A DNA stretch of 23,912 bases from Chthoniobacteraceae bacterium (GCA_031409335.1 JANNWY010000209.1:1-23912); one strand, 5' to 3'. Positions 1-9,750 are shown, counted from the stretch's first letter. Translations and numbers: made by a program. Notes: generated by a model not told the origin, from the letters alone.

Positions 1-2994
1 CTCGACCCTGCTCTGCTGCCCGCCGCCCAGCGCACTGTCCTCGACCGCTTCACCACGCGCCGCGCCGAGGTGATCGCGGCGGCGACTCCCGGAACCGCCG
101 GCCCCGGGGTAGTCATCGACGCGGAAAAGCACTTCTTCCGCCTCCGCCGCATGGCCGCGGACGCCGACGGCGACGGGCTCGATTGGGCAGCGGAAGTTTT
201 CCAGTTCGGGACCGATCCGGACAGTTCCGACAGCGATGGCGATGGCGTCTCCGACGGTGAAGAACTGGCCCGCGGACTGAATCCGGGTAGTGACGATTCG
301 GACGGCGACAACGCGAAGGACGGGAGCGATGCCTACCCAAACGATGAGCGACGCAGCGAGGATATTCCGGTGAAGTTTTACGGGGTGATTGATTTGAGCC
401 AGTATCAATACCAAGGGCAGCCCGTCCCGGCGGAAAACATCCCGGATTCGCAGTTAACCATCGACGACGAAAATCGGGTTTCATGGGTCAACGTCGGGGA
501 AGAAACGCGGGTCACCATGCCGCCGTTTCCGGTCGAGGAAGACTATACCTCGACTCATACGCGACCGCTGACGGTCGCGACTTGGCAGGATGGCGCGATG
601 ATCGGGATGAAGTCGCTCATCAACGAGTATGTCCACACGGGGAGTTGGAACGGCTCAGGGTATGAAACTTCCGAAGTGAATCGCGACATTACGTTCCACG
701 CCGTGAATGGCCGGGGCATGGCAGCGGGTGCCAAAATGTTCTTTAACACTGCGGGACAATCCGTGGACGGTGCGCCGCCAAACCCGCCCGGCAATTACTA
801 CCGCACGCGCACCTATCCGGACGGGTTTCGCGTGCCGCCTTCCTACACGCCGCCGCAATTTGCGGGTTATCCTCCGATTGATGACAACGAAGGCTATATC
901 GAAACCGGGGGCTGGCAGAGCATCAGCTACTACCGAATCTCCCACGGCACAGCGACGCTGCCGGTGGTAAAGGCAGGCATCATGGTCTATGGATTGCCTT
1001 TCACGGGCGGGGGCGGCACAGCGACGACACGGGAAAAAGTCTTCCGCACGACGAACGCGGGGGCGGCGACCGTGGTGAACGACACGCCGAGCGACGAGGG
1101 CACCGTGGATGCCAATATGGTCTTTTTCCCCGAGGAAAATGGGGAGCCCGGCCCCATCAGCAACACGGCGCTGGTCGTCCTCTTCCAAGGCGATGACAGC
1201 GTGAGCCCGGTCGTCCTCCCGCGCGCCGTCCTATGGCGGGCCAGCGGAGCCCAGGTCGAACTCCTCCCGTTTGGAGGCGCGCCCGACCCCAAGGCCGTGA
1301 ATGACAGCGAACAGGTGGTGGGGGCGGTCAAACACCCATTCGGCGCGATCCTCGACGAACGCGGTTTCCTAGGCTTCCTCTGGAGCCCAGCGGAGGGGAT
1401 TCGGGTTTTTCACGATCTCCTCCCGGGGAAGTTCAGAAAGCAGCTTCGATCGGCGGTGCCTTACTTGATTACAAACAAGGCGACCGATGGATCGACTCAG
1501 ATTAGTTTCACGGCAGACCTTTTGATAGATGGCGATTCTCCCGGCGGGCCTGCAACCGATTGGAAGTCGGAGAGTTTTATCCTGACAGTTTATGACGATC
1601 CAGCGATTGACGCGGCCCTTACCCATTCAGTGGTAAGCAATGCCGGAACACCAGTTGATTACCGGGAGGTAGCAGTAAACAAGAATGGGATTGGCGCGGG
1701 AGTGGCGACATTCCCGGACGAAGGCGATCCGGGCAATGGGCAGACGAAGCCGTGCCTGAAGATTCCCCTCGAGTTCTTCGCCAAGAATATTCTCCAGACT
1801 GGCTTCGACCCGCCGATGTGGAATGATCGCGACGGAAAGCTCAACGGGGCGACTCCACCTGAGCCTGAACCTGTGGGAAAGCGGGACCAGGACCCGCCTG
1901 ACGGTGCTTGGCCCGGCCCTCAGTGGTGGACTACGGTGCATTATTCCGGGAACTACTTACGCACAAACGATAACATCGACGTTTATGCCGGAGTGGGGGC
2001 CAACCTCCCGGCAAAATTGTATGCGAGAGTGATTGATCCCGGGCATCTTAATGGGAGCGAAGTAGTCCGCCTGGTTACGCCCGAACTGAATACCCCGCTC
2101 GTCCCGTGGCAGACCCTCTCGATTTCCACGAACTCCATGTATCCCACGGCAGCTACCGCGACGCGGGTCACGGGGACGATCGGCATCTTCGCCACTCCCC
2201 CCGGACAGCCTAACGAGCGGAAATTGCAGGTGTTGCATGTCGATGCGATGCCTGTCTGGATAATTCGTCTTCGGTTTTACGAAGTGTATGCGGAGAACGT
2301 GGCGGCGGAACGCCTTCCAGCGGATTTCAAAGACGTGGGGCCGATCATCACTCACTTGAATGAAATCTATCGGCAGGCGTGCATCAAGTTCGTGGCCGAC
2401 CCCATCGAGGAACTTCCAGTGCCTTACGAAACCGCCCCGGCGGACCACAAGTTGAACTCCGGTGGCACGGACGGGACAGTGAGCGGCGAACAAGCGTTTC
2501 TTTTTCGCCGGGAACTCCCTGAACTAAAGGCCATCAACGTATTTCTTCTTCGCGAGTTCACGAGTAAGACAAGGCTCGGCTTCTCGAAGCGGGACTCATG
2601 GGACAACCGCTGCGCCGTTCAGACCAAGCCGTTTGAAACTCCACGTCTGCTCCATGAGTTTCGGAATACGATCGCTCACGAAATTGGGCACCTGCTCAAT
2701 ATGAGCGTGCATGACTCCCGTAATCTCGCTGGAGCCGGAGGCCGGCGGCACGATTGGGGTTGGTTTCCTGGCCGGTATTACTGGAAGAACGGAAACAGGG
2801 TTGACCCACCGGGATGGTCCACGTACGACTCGCTGCCGGTCGCAATGAGGCTGCTCCGCTTGGAAGCGTCCCTCATGGCGAATACGACCCAGGGTCTGGA
2901 TACCACCTCGAACTTCGACTGGCGCTGGATCCGGCATGAAGACTGGCAGGAAGCCAATAAGAAAGCGCCAGAATTTGGGGAACTCGACAATTGA
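1..2994 (+). CDS. Large extracellular protein, 5'-truncated: TSP3-like Ca-binding repeats, HAF-like repeat segments, C-terminal zincin-type metallopeptidase motif
   Basis: Frame is open from base 1 (LDPALLPAAQ...), so the true start is upstream. DADGDGLD / GTDPDSSDSDGDGVSDGEE / NPGSDDSDGDNAKDGSDAYPND repeats; AVNDSEQVVG...GFLWS and AVNKNGIGAG HAF-like segments; TIAHEIGHLLN (HEXXH) near the C-terminus. Confidence 0.75.
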   Translation, partial: LDPALLPAAQRTVLDRFTTRRAEVIAAATPGTAGPGVVIDAEKHFFRLRRMAADADGDGLDWAAEVFQFGTDPDSSDSDGDGVSDGEELARGLNPGSDDSDGDNAKDGSDAYPNDERRSEDIPVKFYGVIDLSQYQYQGQPVPAENIPDSQLTIDDENRVSWVNVGEETRVTMPPFPVEEDYTSTHTRPLTVATWQDGAMIGMKSLINEYVHTGSWNGSGYETSEVNRDITFHAVNGRGMAAGAKMFFNTAGQSVDGAPPNPPGNYYRTRTYPDGFRVPPSYTPPQFAGYPPIDDNEGYIETGGWQSISYYRISHGTATLPVVKAGIMVYGLPFTGGGGTATTREKVFRTTNAGAATVVNDTPSDEGTVDANMVFFPEENGEPGPISNTALVVLFQGDDSVSPVVLPRAVLWRASGAQVELLPFGGAPDPKAVNDSEQVVGAVKHPFGAILDERGFLGFLWSPAEGIRVFHDLLPGKFRKQLRSAVPYLITNKATDGSTQISFTADLLIDGDSPGGPATDWKSESFILTVYDDPAIDAALTHSVVSNAGTPVDYREVAVNKNGIGAGVATFPDEGDPGNGQTKPCLKIPLEFFAKNILQTGFDPPMWNDRDGKLNGATPPEPEPVGKRDQDPPDGAWPGPQWWTTVHYSGNYLRTNDNIDVYAGVGANLPAKLYARVIDPGHLNGSEVVRLVTPELNTPLVPWQTLSISTNSMYPTAATATRVTGTIGIFATPPGQPNERKLQVLHVDAMPVWIIRLRFYEVYAENVAAERLPADFKDVGPIITHLNEIYRQACIKFVADPIEELPVPYETAPADHKLNSGGTDGTVSGEQAFLFRRELPELKAINVFLLREFTSKTRLGFSKRDSWDNRCAVQTKPFETPRLLHEFRNTIAHEIGHLLNMSVHDSRNLAGAGGRRHDWGWFPGRYYWKNGNRVDPPGWSTYDSLPVAMRLLRLEASLMANTTQGLDTTSNFDWRWIRHEDWQEANKKAPEFGELDN

Positions 2995-3923
2995 AAATTT
3001 TACTGTCGGCACTCCCACTTGCCTTCTGCCTTGGCTGTTTGCCGTCGTGCATGGGCTATACCCCTATCGATGCGGTGATCGAAAAAGGTTATACCTATAC
3101 CCATGACCAGATTGAGGCAGCGCAGGATGAGATTCGGAAAGAATGCCCGCAGAATGTGAAGGAAGTGATTAACAGGCCACGCGAAGGCGTCGGAGGCATC
3201 GACGTCCAGGAGCGTTATTTCAAAAAACAAGGGGCGGAGTTTATCGACGCCTTTATTCCTTACGCCCGGCGGATGACGCATCCCCTCCCTGGAGTCACCG
3301 ACCGCGACTGGGAACAAAGGCTTTTCTCGGCCGGTGACCTGGAGACGATCCGCAAATACGTTTTGAGGAACACCACTGCTATATCACACTCGAGCAATCC
3401 AGACGTTGTGACCCTGCTCGCGCCGCGACTATTCGAGGAAGGGATATGGCCGCCAAACGACGGGCTTCCGTTAAGAGATTGGGTCTTGATTCAACTTCGA
3501 CCGGTAATAGAAACTTGTGAAGAGTTCCCCGAGGAGGTGCGCGTCTGGAAGCGCCGACTGAGAGCAATTTCTCCTCCGTGGGAAACACAGCTCGCCATTT
3601 ATAAGACGTGGTGGCTGGACAATCGTGAAGCCTTGGAGGCACGTCGGTGGGACCAGGTTCGGGCCGGGCCGCTCTCGATTCCAGGCATGCCGTATTCGGA
3701 CAAACCGAATCCCCCGGACTTCGAGAAAGCGGAGGAAACGTCACCGGCAACATCGGGCGCAACGCCCGCGGCGAAGCTCACGCCCGAACCTACCGCCCCG
3801 GCCTCCATTGCCACAGCGCCTGACGCTTCAAGTCCATCCGCTGCGTTCCTCTGGACTGGTGCTGTGGTAACTCTCGCGTTGTTAGTAAGTCTGCTCGTCT
3901 TCTGGAAACGCCGTCCCAGCTAG
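2991..3923 (+). CDS. Secreted, C-terminally membrane-anchored hypothetical protein (candidate immunity/partner of the upstream protein)
   Basis: TTG start overlaps the upstream TGA (TTGA at 2991-2994). N-terminal hydrophobic signal with Cys, Pro/Ala/Thr/Ser linker, C-terminal TM helix AAFLWTGAVVTLALLVSLLVFW followed by KRR. Confidence 0.7.
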   Translation: MKILLSALPLAFCLGCLPSCMGYTPIDAVIEKGYTYTHDQIEAAQDEIRKECPQNVKEVINRPREGVGGIDVQERYFKKQGAEFIDAFIPYARRMTHPLPGVTDRDWEQRLFSAGDLETIRKYVLRNTTAISHSSNPDVVTLLAPRLFEEGIWPPNDGLPLRDWVLIQLRPVIETCEEFPEEVRVWKRRLRAISPPWETQLAIYKTWWLDNREALEARRWDQVRAGPLSIPGMPYSDKPNPPDFEKAEETSPATSGATPAAKLTPEPTAPASIATAPDASSPSAAFLWTGAVVTLALLVSLLVFWKRRPS

Positions 3924-4430
3924 CCGCCTTGCCGTTAAGTGTGGCGGCGTCCCGCCGCGTGGGTGTTAGCCAAACCGCCCGCCGTGGCAGGCATCGCGCC
4001 GCGCGAGCGCGCTGCCCGCCTTCGCCCGCGCCGCTCCCTCGCGCGTCACGCTGCCTGCGGGGAGCCGCGCCCGGACCCCAACCCCCGCCCGCTCCCCAGC
4101 CGCGCGGCTGTCACGCCGGCTGCTGCGCGAACCGCTGCGCGCGGCACGGCTCCGCCCATCATTCCGCCGGAGCCGTGCCATGCTCGCCCGCGAACCAGGA
4201 ACCAGCCAGACCAGACCCGGCGCGGCCCAGCCACTCCCTCCGGCTCCTTTTGAAGTGAGTCGGCGTCCCGCCGAGGAGAGTTGGAGCGGCGGAGCGCCCT
4301 GCGCTACAAGCCGCGCCGCCTGCGTCCGGCCTGCGATATTTCCATCTGAAAATGACCGGCCCGTAGCCGCCCGATCGCGAAATGCAGTCGCTCTCCGCGA
4401 GGGCATCGGATAGTCCGTGCCGAACCATCC

Positions 4431-5465
4431 ATGAAAGCCATCTCGCTCGACCAGCCGCACCAATTCCGCCAGCTCGAAATCCCCGAACCCGCCGCGCCCG
4501 CGCCTGGCGAGGCGCTGGTCCGCATTCACCGCATCGGCATCTGCGGCACGGACTATTCGGGCTATCTCGGCAAGATGCCGTTCTTCAGCTACCCACGCAT
4601 CCCGGGCCACGAGCTCGGCGTCGAGGTGCTCGCCGTCGGCGCAGGCGTGACGAATGTGCAGCCCGGCGACCGCTGCTCCGTCGAGCCGTACATCAATTGC
4701 CAGCAGTGCTACTCCTGCCGGCGCGGCCACTCCAATTGCTGCGAGGCGCACAAGACCCTCGGCGTGATGTGCGACGGCGGCATGTGCGAGCGCTTCCTGC
4801 TTCCCGCGCGAAAACTGCACCTCTCGCGGAAGCTCACCTTCGAGCAACTCGCCCTCGTCGAAACGCTTGCCATCGGCTGCCACGCGGTGAATCGCGGCGC
4901 GCCAACGAAGGATGAGCACGTCCTCGTCATCGGCGCGGGGCCGATCGGTTTATCCGTCATCGAATTTGCGCGGCTCAGCGGCGCGCGGACGATCGTCATG
5001 GATATGAACGCGGCGCGCTTGCAGTTCGTGCGCGAGAAAATGGGCGTGCAGGATACCATCCTGCTCGTACCCGGCGGCGACGCAGCGGCGGGTGAAGAAC
5101 TCAGCGCGATCACCCGCGGCCAGCTCGCCGACGTGGTCGTGGACGCCACGGGCAGCAACAAATCCATGGCCGGCGCGCTCGGCTACTGCGCGTATGCCGC
5201 GCGGCTCGTGTACGTCGGCATCACGCAGCAGGAAATCAGCTTTCTCCACGCCCCGATCCTGCACCGCCGCGAAGTCACGATCATGGCCAGCCGCAACGCG
5301 CTCCCCGGCGATTTCACGCGCATCATTTCGCTGATCGAGGATGGGAAGATCGACACGCGCACATGGATCACGCATCACGCGAAATTCGATGAAATGATCG
5401 ACGTTTTCCCGACATGGCTGAAGCCGGAAACGGGCGTCATCAAAGCCGTCGTGGAAATGACCTGA
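4431..5465 (+). CDS. Zinc-dependent medium-chain dehydrogenase (YjjN/LgoD-like sugar-acid dehydrogenase)
   Basis: GICGTD, GHELG, structural Zn CxxCxxC-x7-C, Rossmann GAGPIG. Confidence 0.9.
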   Translation: MKAISLDQPHQFRQLEIPEPAAPAPGEALVRIHRIGICGTDYSGYLGKMPFFSYPRIPGHELGVEVLAVGAGVTNVQPGDRCSVEPYINCQQCYSCRRGHSNCCEAHKTLGVMCDGGMCERFLLPARKLHLSRKLTFEQLALVETLAIGCHAVNRGAPTKDEHVLVIGAGPIGLSVIEFARLSGARTIVMDMNAARLQFVREKMGVQDTILLVPGGDAAAGEELSAITRGQLADVVVDATGSNKSMAGALGYCAYAARLVYVGITQQEISFLHAPILHRREVTIMASRNALPGDFTRIISLIEDGKIDTRTWITHHAKFDEMIDVFPTWLKPETGVIKAVVEMT

Positions 5466-5475
5466 CGCGTCTTCT

Positions 5476-5555
5476 TCCTGCTCTTGCTCTTGTTCCTGAT
5501 CCTGATCTTCCGGGAGGGCAGAGGATCAAGATCAAGATCAAGAGCAGGAGCAGGA
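5476..5555. repeat. Inverted array of hexamer repeats (TCYTGH units facing ARGAKC units), hairpin-forming
   Basis: Arm 5476-5509 tcctgctcttgctcttgttcctgatcctgatctt is complementary to arm 5522-5555 with 5 mismatches in 34 nt. Confidence 0.85.
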
Positions 5556-5568
5556 TTCGAGATTTTCC

Positions 5569-6498
5569 ATGAAAACGACCCTCACCACCGCCGACCTGCG
5601 CGCCTCGATCATTGCCGTCCCGCCGCTTTGCCGGGACGCGAATCTGAAATCTTGCGCTGCGGAAAACGCGAAGCTCATCCGCCACATCGAGCGCGGTGGC
5701 GTCTCCACGCTGCTCTACGGTGGCAATGCGAATTTTTACAACATCGCACCCTCCGAATATGAAGCGGTGCTCGATGAACTCGAAGCCGCCGCTGCGCCGG
5801 ACACGCTCATCGTGCCGAGCGTCGGACCGTATTTCGGGATGGCGATGGATCAGGCGGCGATCCTCGCGCGCAAAAAATTTCCGACCGCGATGCTGCTGCC
5901 TACGGTCGCCGTCAGCACGCCGGACGGAGTGCGCGCGGCGGTTTTGCGGATCGCGGAAAAGATGGGCCGCCCGATCGTGCTCTACATCAAGGACGCGGAC
6001 TACGTGACGCTGCCCGTCGTGAAATCGCTCGTCGAAGCCGGGGCGATTTCGTGGATCAAATACGCCGTCGTCCGCCCCGATCCCGCGCAGGATGATTTGC
6101 TCGCCGCGCTCGTGCAGACGGTCGATCCCGCGCTCATCGTCAGCGGCATCGGCGAGCAGCCCGCGATTGCGCACTGGACGAAATTTGGCGTGCGCGCTTT
6201 CACCAGCGGCTGCGTCTGCGTCGCCCCGCGCCGTTCGCAGGAAATGCTGCTCGCGCTGCAAGCCGGCGACCTCGCGCAGGCGGAAACGATCCGGGAGAAA
6301 TTCAACATCCTGGAATCCCTCCGCAACGCCCACGGCCCGATCCCCGTGCTGCATCACGCCGTCGCCGAAGCCGGAATCGCCGCCACTGGCCCGGCGCTCC
6401 CGCTGATGCACGAACTCGATTCGGGAACGGTCGCGAAGCTCGCCGAAGCCGCCCGGACGCTGCATTCATGGAACGCCGAAGGCTCTGGACTGCTGTGA
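5569..6498 (+). CDS. Dihydrodipicolinate synthase (DapA)-like family protein, probable sugar-acid dehydratase/aldolase
   Basis: IIAVPPL, LYGGNANF in the position of the GxxGE motif, VLYIK and WIKYA (Tyr and Schiff-base Lys positions), FTSG; 309 aa. Confidence 0.85.
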   Translation: MKTTLTTADLRASIIAVPPLCRDANLKSCAAENAKLIRHIERGGVSTLLYGGNANFYNIAPSEYEAVLDELEAAAAPDTLIVPSVGPYFGMAMDQAAILARKKFPTAMLLPTVAVSTPDGVRAAVLRIAEKMGRPIVLYIKDADYVTLPVVKSLVEAGAISWIKYAVVRPDPAQDDLLAALVQTVDPALIVSGIGEQPAIAHWTKFGVRAFTSGCVCVAPRRSQEMLLALQAGDLAQAETIREKFNILESLRNAHGPIPVLHHAVAEAGIAATGPALPLMHELDSGTVAKLAEAARTLHSWNAEGSGLL

Positions 6499-6572
6499 TT
6501 CCTTCACGGCTCTGAATGGGTGCCGCATCCCGAAAGCTGTGAAGGAATCACAGCAGTCCAGAGCCTTCGGCG
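6474..6572. repeat. Long inverted repeat (REP-doublet/REPIN-like), 38-bp arms and 23-nt spacer
   Basis: 6474-6511 and 6535-6572 are reverse complements with one mismatch. Each arm has an internal palindrome gctgtga-ttcct-tcac(a/g)gc. Confidence 0.9.
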
Positions 6573-6685
6573 CTCACGGATGGGGCTGGCGAAAATCCGC
6601 CAACCTCTCCGCTGCGGTGGCGGATTCTGTGCAGATGCGCGGTCCGCCGCGCTTTGCGCTTCTCTGTGGCGGCGACTCCGTGTAG

Positions 6686-7135
<450 letters not shown>

Positions 7136-7156
7136 GCCAAGATTCAAAAGGACGGG

Positions 7157-7999
7157 CTAGAAGGCATCGACGACGAGTGCCGTGGTGTTGTCGCGACCGC
7201 TGGATTCGACTGCGGCTTCGACGAGATGTTGCGCGGCGCGCTTTCCACTTGCGGCCACCTTTGACGGGCAAAGGTTTTCCAGCAGGAGATCATCGCGGCA
7301 GCCATCGATCACGCCGTCGGTGCAGAGCAGGAAACGGTCGCCCGGCTCGAACAGCACCGCGCCGACTTGCGGCGTGACGAACTGGTTCCCCGCGCCGAGC
7401 GCTTTTTGCAGGACGTTTCGCCGCGGATGATTGCGCGCTTCCCGCTCGTTGATCTTCCCATTTCGCAAGAGCCAGCCGACATGTGTGTCGTCCTCGGTGA
7501 TCTGCCGGATGCCGCCATCCCGCGCCGGCAGATAGTAAATCCGGCTGTCGCCGATGTGCGCGAAAAACATGCGCGCCGGCGTGAACCAGCACAGGCTCAG
7601 CGTCGCGCCCATGCCCGCGCATTCCTCGTAGCTTTGCCCGAGGAAAATGAGCGCGCGATGGATTTGATCGAAGAGCTCCGTGAGCACGTCGTCGATGCCC
7701 GCTTCGAGTCCCACGGCGGATTGGCGGTAAGAGCGCGGCAGCAGGCGCGTGACTTTTTCGACGGTGATCTGGCTCGCAAATTCCCCCGCCATCGCCCCGC
7801 CCATGCCGTCGCTGACCGCGAACACGCAATCTTCATGTTCCATGGAAGCCTCGCCAAATTTTCCGAGATGCCGCACTTCGTTCGCATCGAATTGCAGGCC
7901 GAGGAATGCGTCCTCGTTATTTTTGCGGACCTTGCCGCGATCCGTCCAGCCGGACCAGCGCAGGCATCGCGCTGGGGAAATTTGCCCGAGCTCGCTCAT
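7157..7999 (-). CDS. PP2C/PPM-family Ser/Thr protein phosphatase
   Basis: RKNNED, VSDGMGG, HIGDSRIY, LLCTDG, GRDNTT motifs. ATG at 7999 overlaps the upstream stop (ATGA). Confidence 0.93.
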   Translation of the reverse strand: MSELGQISPARCLRWSGWTDRGKVRKNNEDAFLGLQFDANEVRHLGKFGEASMEHEDCVFAVSDGMGGAMAGEFASQITVEKVTRLLPRSYRQSAVGLEAGIDDVLTELFDQIHRALIFLGQSYEECAGMGATLSLCWFTPARMFFAHIGDSRIYYLPARDGGIRQITEDDTHVGWLLRNGKINEREARNHPRRNVLQKALGAGNQFVTPQVGAVLFEPGDRFLLCTDGVIDGCRDDLLLENLCPSKVAASGKRAAQHLVEAAVESSGRDNTTALVVDAF

Positions 8000-8391
8000 G
8001 CGGGCGGGCTCTCGAAGCCGGGCAGGATCGTGGCAAACTCGAAGTCGATCAGGCAAAAACGTCCGTCCGTGTTGCGGTAGGTAACGTTGCGCATGTCCGC
8101 GTCCTCGTGGCGCACGCCATACGGTTCGAGTTCGGCGAAAAGCTCGCGCGTGCGCGCTTCATCGAGATGGTCCACACGGCTGCCGCAGTTTGAGGTCACG
8201 ATGCGGAGTTGCGATGCGTCGGCTTCGAGAAGTTTCGGGACGAACGCGCAGCCGCGCGCTTCGAGATGGCGCAGCACCCGCACCTCATTCGCGAACCGCT
8301 CGTCGGCTTTTGGGCCGCGGAAAATCTTCGTGACGCGGCCATCGTAGCCGACCCGGACAGTCGCGCGCAGGGTGTCTTTGACGACGGGCAT
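7996..8391 (-). CDS. Minimal protein-kinase-like protein (RIO/Bud32/Kdo-like fold), about 131 aa
   Basis: VTKIF (beta3 Lys), FANEVRVLRHL (alphaC Glu), VPKLL, RHEDADMRNV (HxD-x4-N catalytic loop), LIDFE (DFG-like). Start chosen at ATG 8391. Confidence 0.75.
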   Translation of the reverse strand: MPVVKDTLRATVRVGYDGRVTKIFRGPKADERFANEVRVLRHLEARGCAFVPKLLEADASQLRIVTSNCGSRVDHLDEARTRELFAELEPYGVRHEDADMRNVTYRNTDGRFCLIDFEFATILPGFESPPA

Positions 8392-8400
8392 TTGGGGAAA

Positions 8401-8526
8401 AGTTGAGGGTGGAAAGTTGGTTTGTTCGCCTGTCACACGTCACCGGACCGGGCGGCGGCAGCGATTTCTGAAAGAGCGTCTGCCATCGAAGCACGCCGCT
8501 CAACCCCCAACTCTAAACTCTCAACT
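8401..8526. repeat. Heptamer (CTCAACT-like) short repeats in inverted arrangement
   Basis: ctcaacc-cccaact-ctaaact-ctcaact at 8499-8526; degenerate complementary units agttgag-ggtggaa-agttggt at 8401-8421. Confidence 0.55.
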
Positions 8527-8533
8527 TTCCAAG

Positions 8534-8549
8534 TGGCATCGCCGTTGCT
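8534..8549 (+). promoter_or_regulatory. sigma54 (-24/-12) promoter of glutamine synthetase
   Basis: TGGCAT-CGCCG-TTGCT; shares the flanks (preceding G, following AAA) with the P-II promoter. Confidence 0.8.
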
Positions 8550-8659
8550 AAAGGTGCGCACTTGCCCCTAAAAAACGGGGGTTACAGAGTAACAAACACA
8601 AACCCAGCGGTCGAAAAAAGCGCACGCCGCTCAAAAACCAACACCACCACACCGACATC

Positions 8660-9685
8660 ATGGCGAAGTACAAACTGGAATACCTCTGGCTCGACGGCTA
8701 TACGCCCGTCCCGAATCTCCGAGGCAAAACCCAAATCAAAGAATTCAGCGGCTTTCCAAAGCTCGAAGAACTGCCCATGTGGGGCTTCGACGGCAGCTCC
8801 ACCCGCCAGGCCGAGGGCCACAGCTCGGATTGCATGCTCAAACCCGTCGCCGTCTTCCCGGATAGCACGAAAAAGAACGGCGCGCTCGTGATGTGCGAAG
8901 TCATGCTGCCCGACTGCACCACCCCGCACCCGACCAATACCCGCGCCACCATCCCCGACGATCCCGGCGCGTGGTTCGGCTTCGAGCAGGAGTATTTCCT
9001 CTACCAAAACGGCGTCCCGCTCGGCTTCCCGGAAGGCGGCGGCTTTCCACCACCACAGGGCAAATACTACACCGGCGTCGGCTACGACAATGTCGGCGAC
9101 ATCGCCCGCGAGATCGTGGACACGCACCTCGATCTCTGCCTCGACGCCGGCATCAATCACGAAGGCATCAACGCCGAAGTGGCCAAAGGCCAGTGGGAGT
9201 TCCAAATCTTCGGCAAAGGATCCAAGAACGCCGCCGACCAGATGTGGGTCGCCCGCTACCTGCTCAACCGGCTCTGCGAAAAATACGGCGTGATCGTGAA
9301 CTACCACTGCAAACCGCTCGGCATGGACGTGGACTGGAACGGCTCCGGGATGCACGCCAACTTCTCGACCGAGCACATGCGCTCGGTCGGTGGAAAGCCG
9401 TATTTCGAGGCGCTCATGGCCGCGTTCGACAAATACAAAAACGAGCACATCGCCGTGTACGGCCCGGACAATCACATGCGCCTCACTGGCCTCCACGAGA
9501 CGCAGTCGATCGACAAATTCAACTACGGCATCGCCAACCGCGGCGCGTCCGTGCGCGTCCCGCACAGCTTCGCGAACAACGGCTACAAAGGCTACCTCGA
9601 AGACCGTCGTCCGAATTCGCAGGGCGACCCCTACGCCATCGCCGGTCGCATCCTGCAAACGATCGCGACCGTGCCGACGAAGTAA
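8660..9685 (+). CDS. glnII: Glutamine synthetase type II
   Basis: 341 aa (GSII size); [71 protein letters not shown]. Confidence 0.95.
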   Translation: MAKYKLEYLWLDGYTPVPNLRGKTQIKEFSGFPKLEELPMWGFDGSSTRQAEGHSSDCMLKPVAVFPDSTKKNGALVMCEVMLPDCTTPHPTNTRATIPDDPGAWFGFEQEYFLYQNGVPLGFPEGGGFPPPQGKYYTGVGYDNVGDIAREIVDTHLDLCLDAGINHEGINAEVAKGQWEFQIFGKGSKNAADQMWVARYLLNRLCEKYGVIVNYHCKPLGMDVDWNGSGMHANFSTEHMRSVGGKPYFEALMAAFDKYKNEHIAVYGPDNHMRLTGLHETQSIDKFNYGIANRGASVRVPHSFANNGYKGYLEDRRPNSQGDPYAIAGRILQTIATVPTK

Positions 9686-9714
9686 TCGCGCGACGCTCCG
9701 TCGAACCAATCAAT

Positions 9715-9750
9715 ACGCCGTCCCGCCTTGTGCGGGGCGGCGTTTTTTTT
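9715..9750 (+). terminator. Rho-independent terminator of glnII
   Basis: acgccgtcccgc-cttgt-gcggggcggcgt stem-loop followed by a T run. Confidence 0.9.

Noticed and set aside
3924..4430. Several ORFs and GTAG/CTAC-bearing GC-rich segments in the intergenic region
   Set aside because: The ORFs are Pro/Arg/Ala-rich without motifs, and the possible REP remnants are too degenerate to define.
6594..6626. Hairpin aatccgcca...tggcggatt upstream of the P-II promoter as an enhancer site
   Set aside because: No matching site upstream of glnII and no match to the NtrC consensus.
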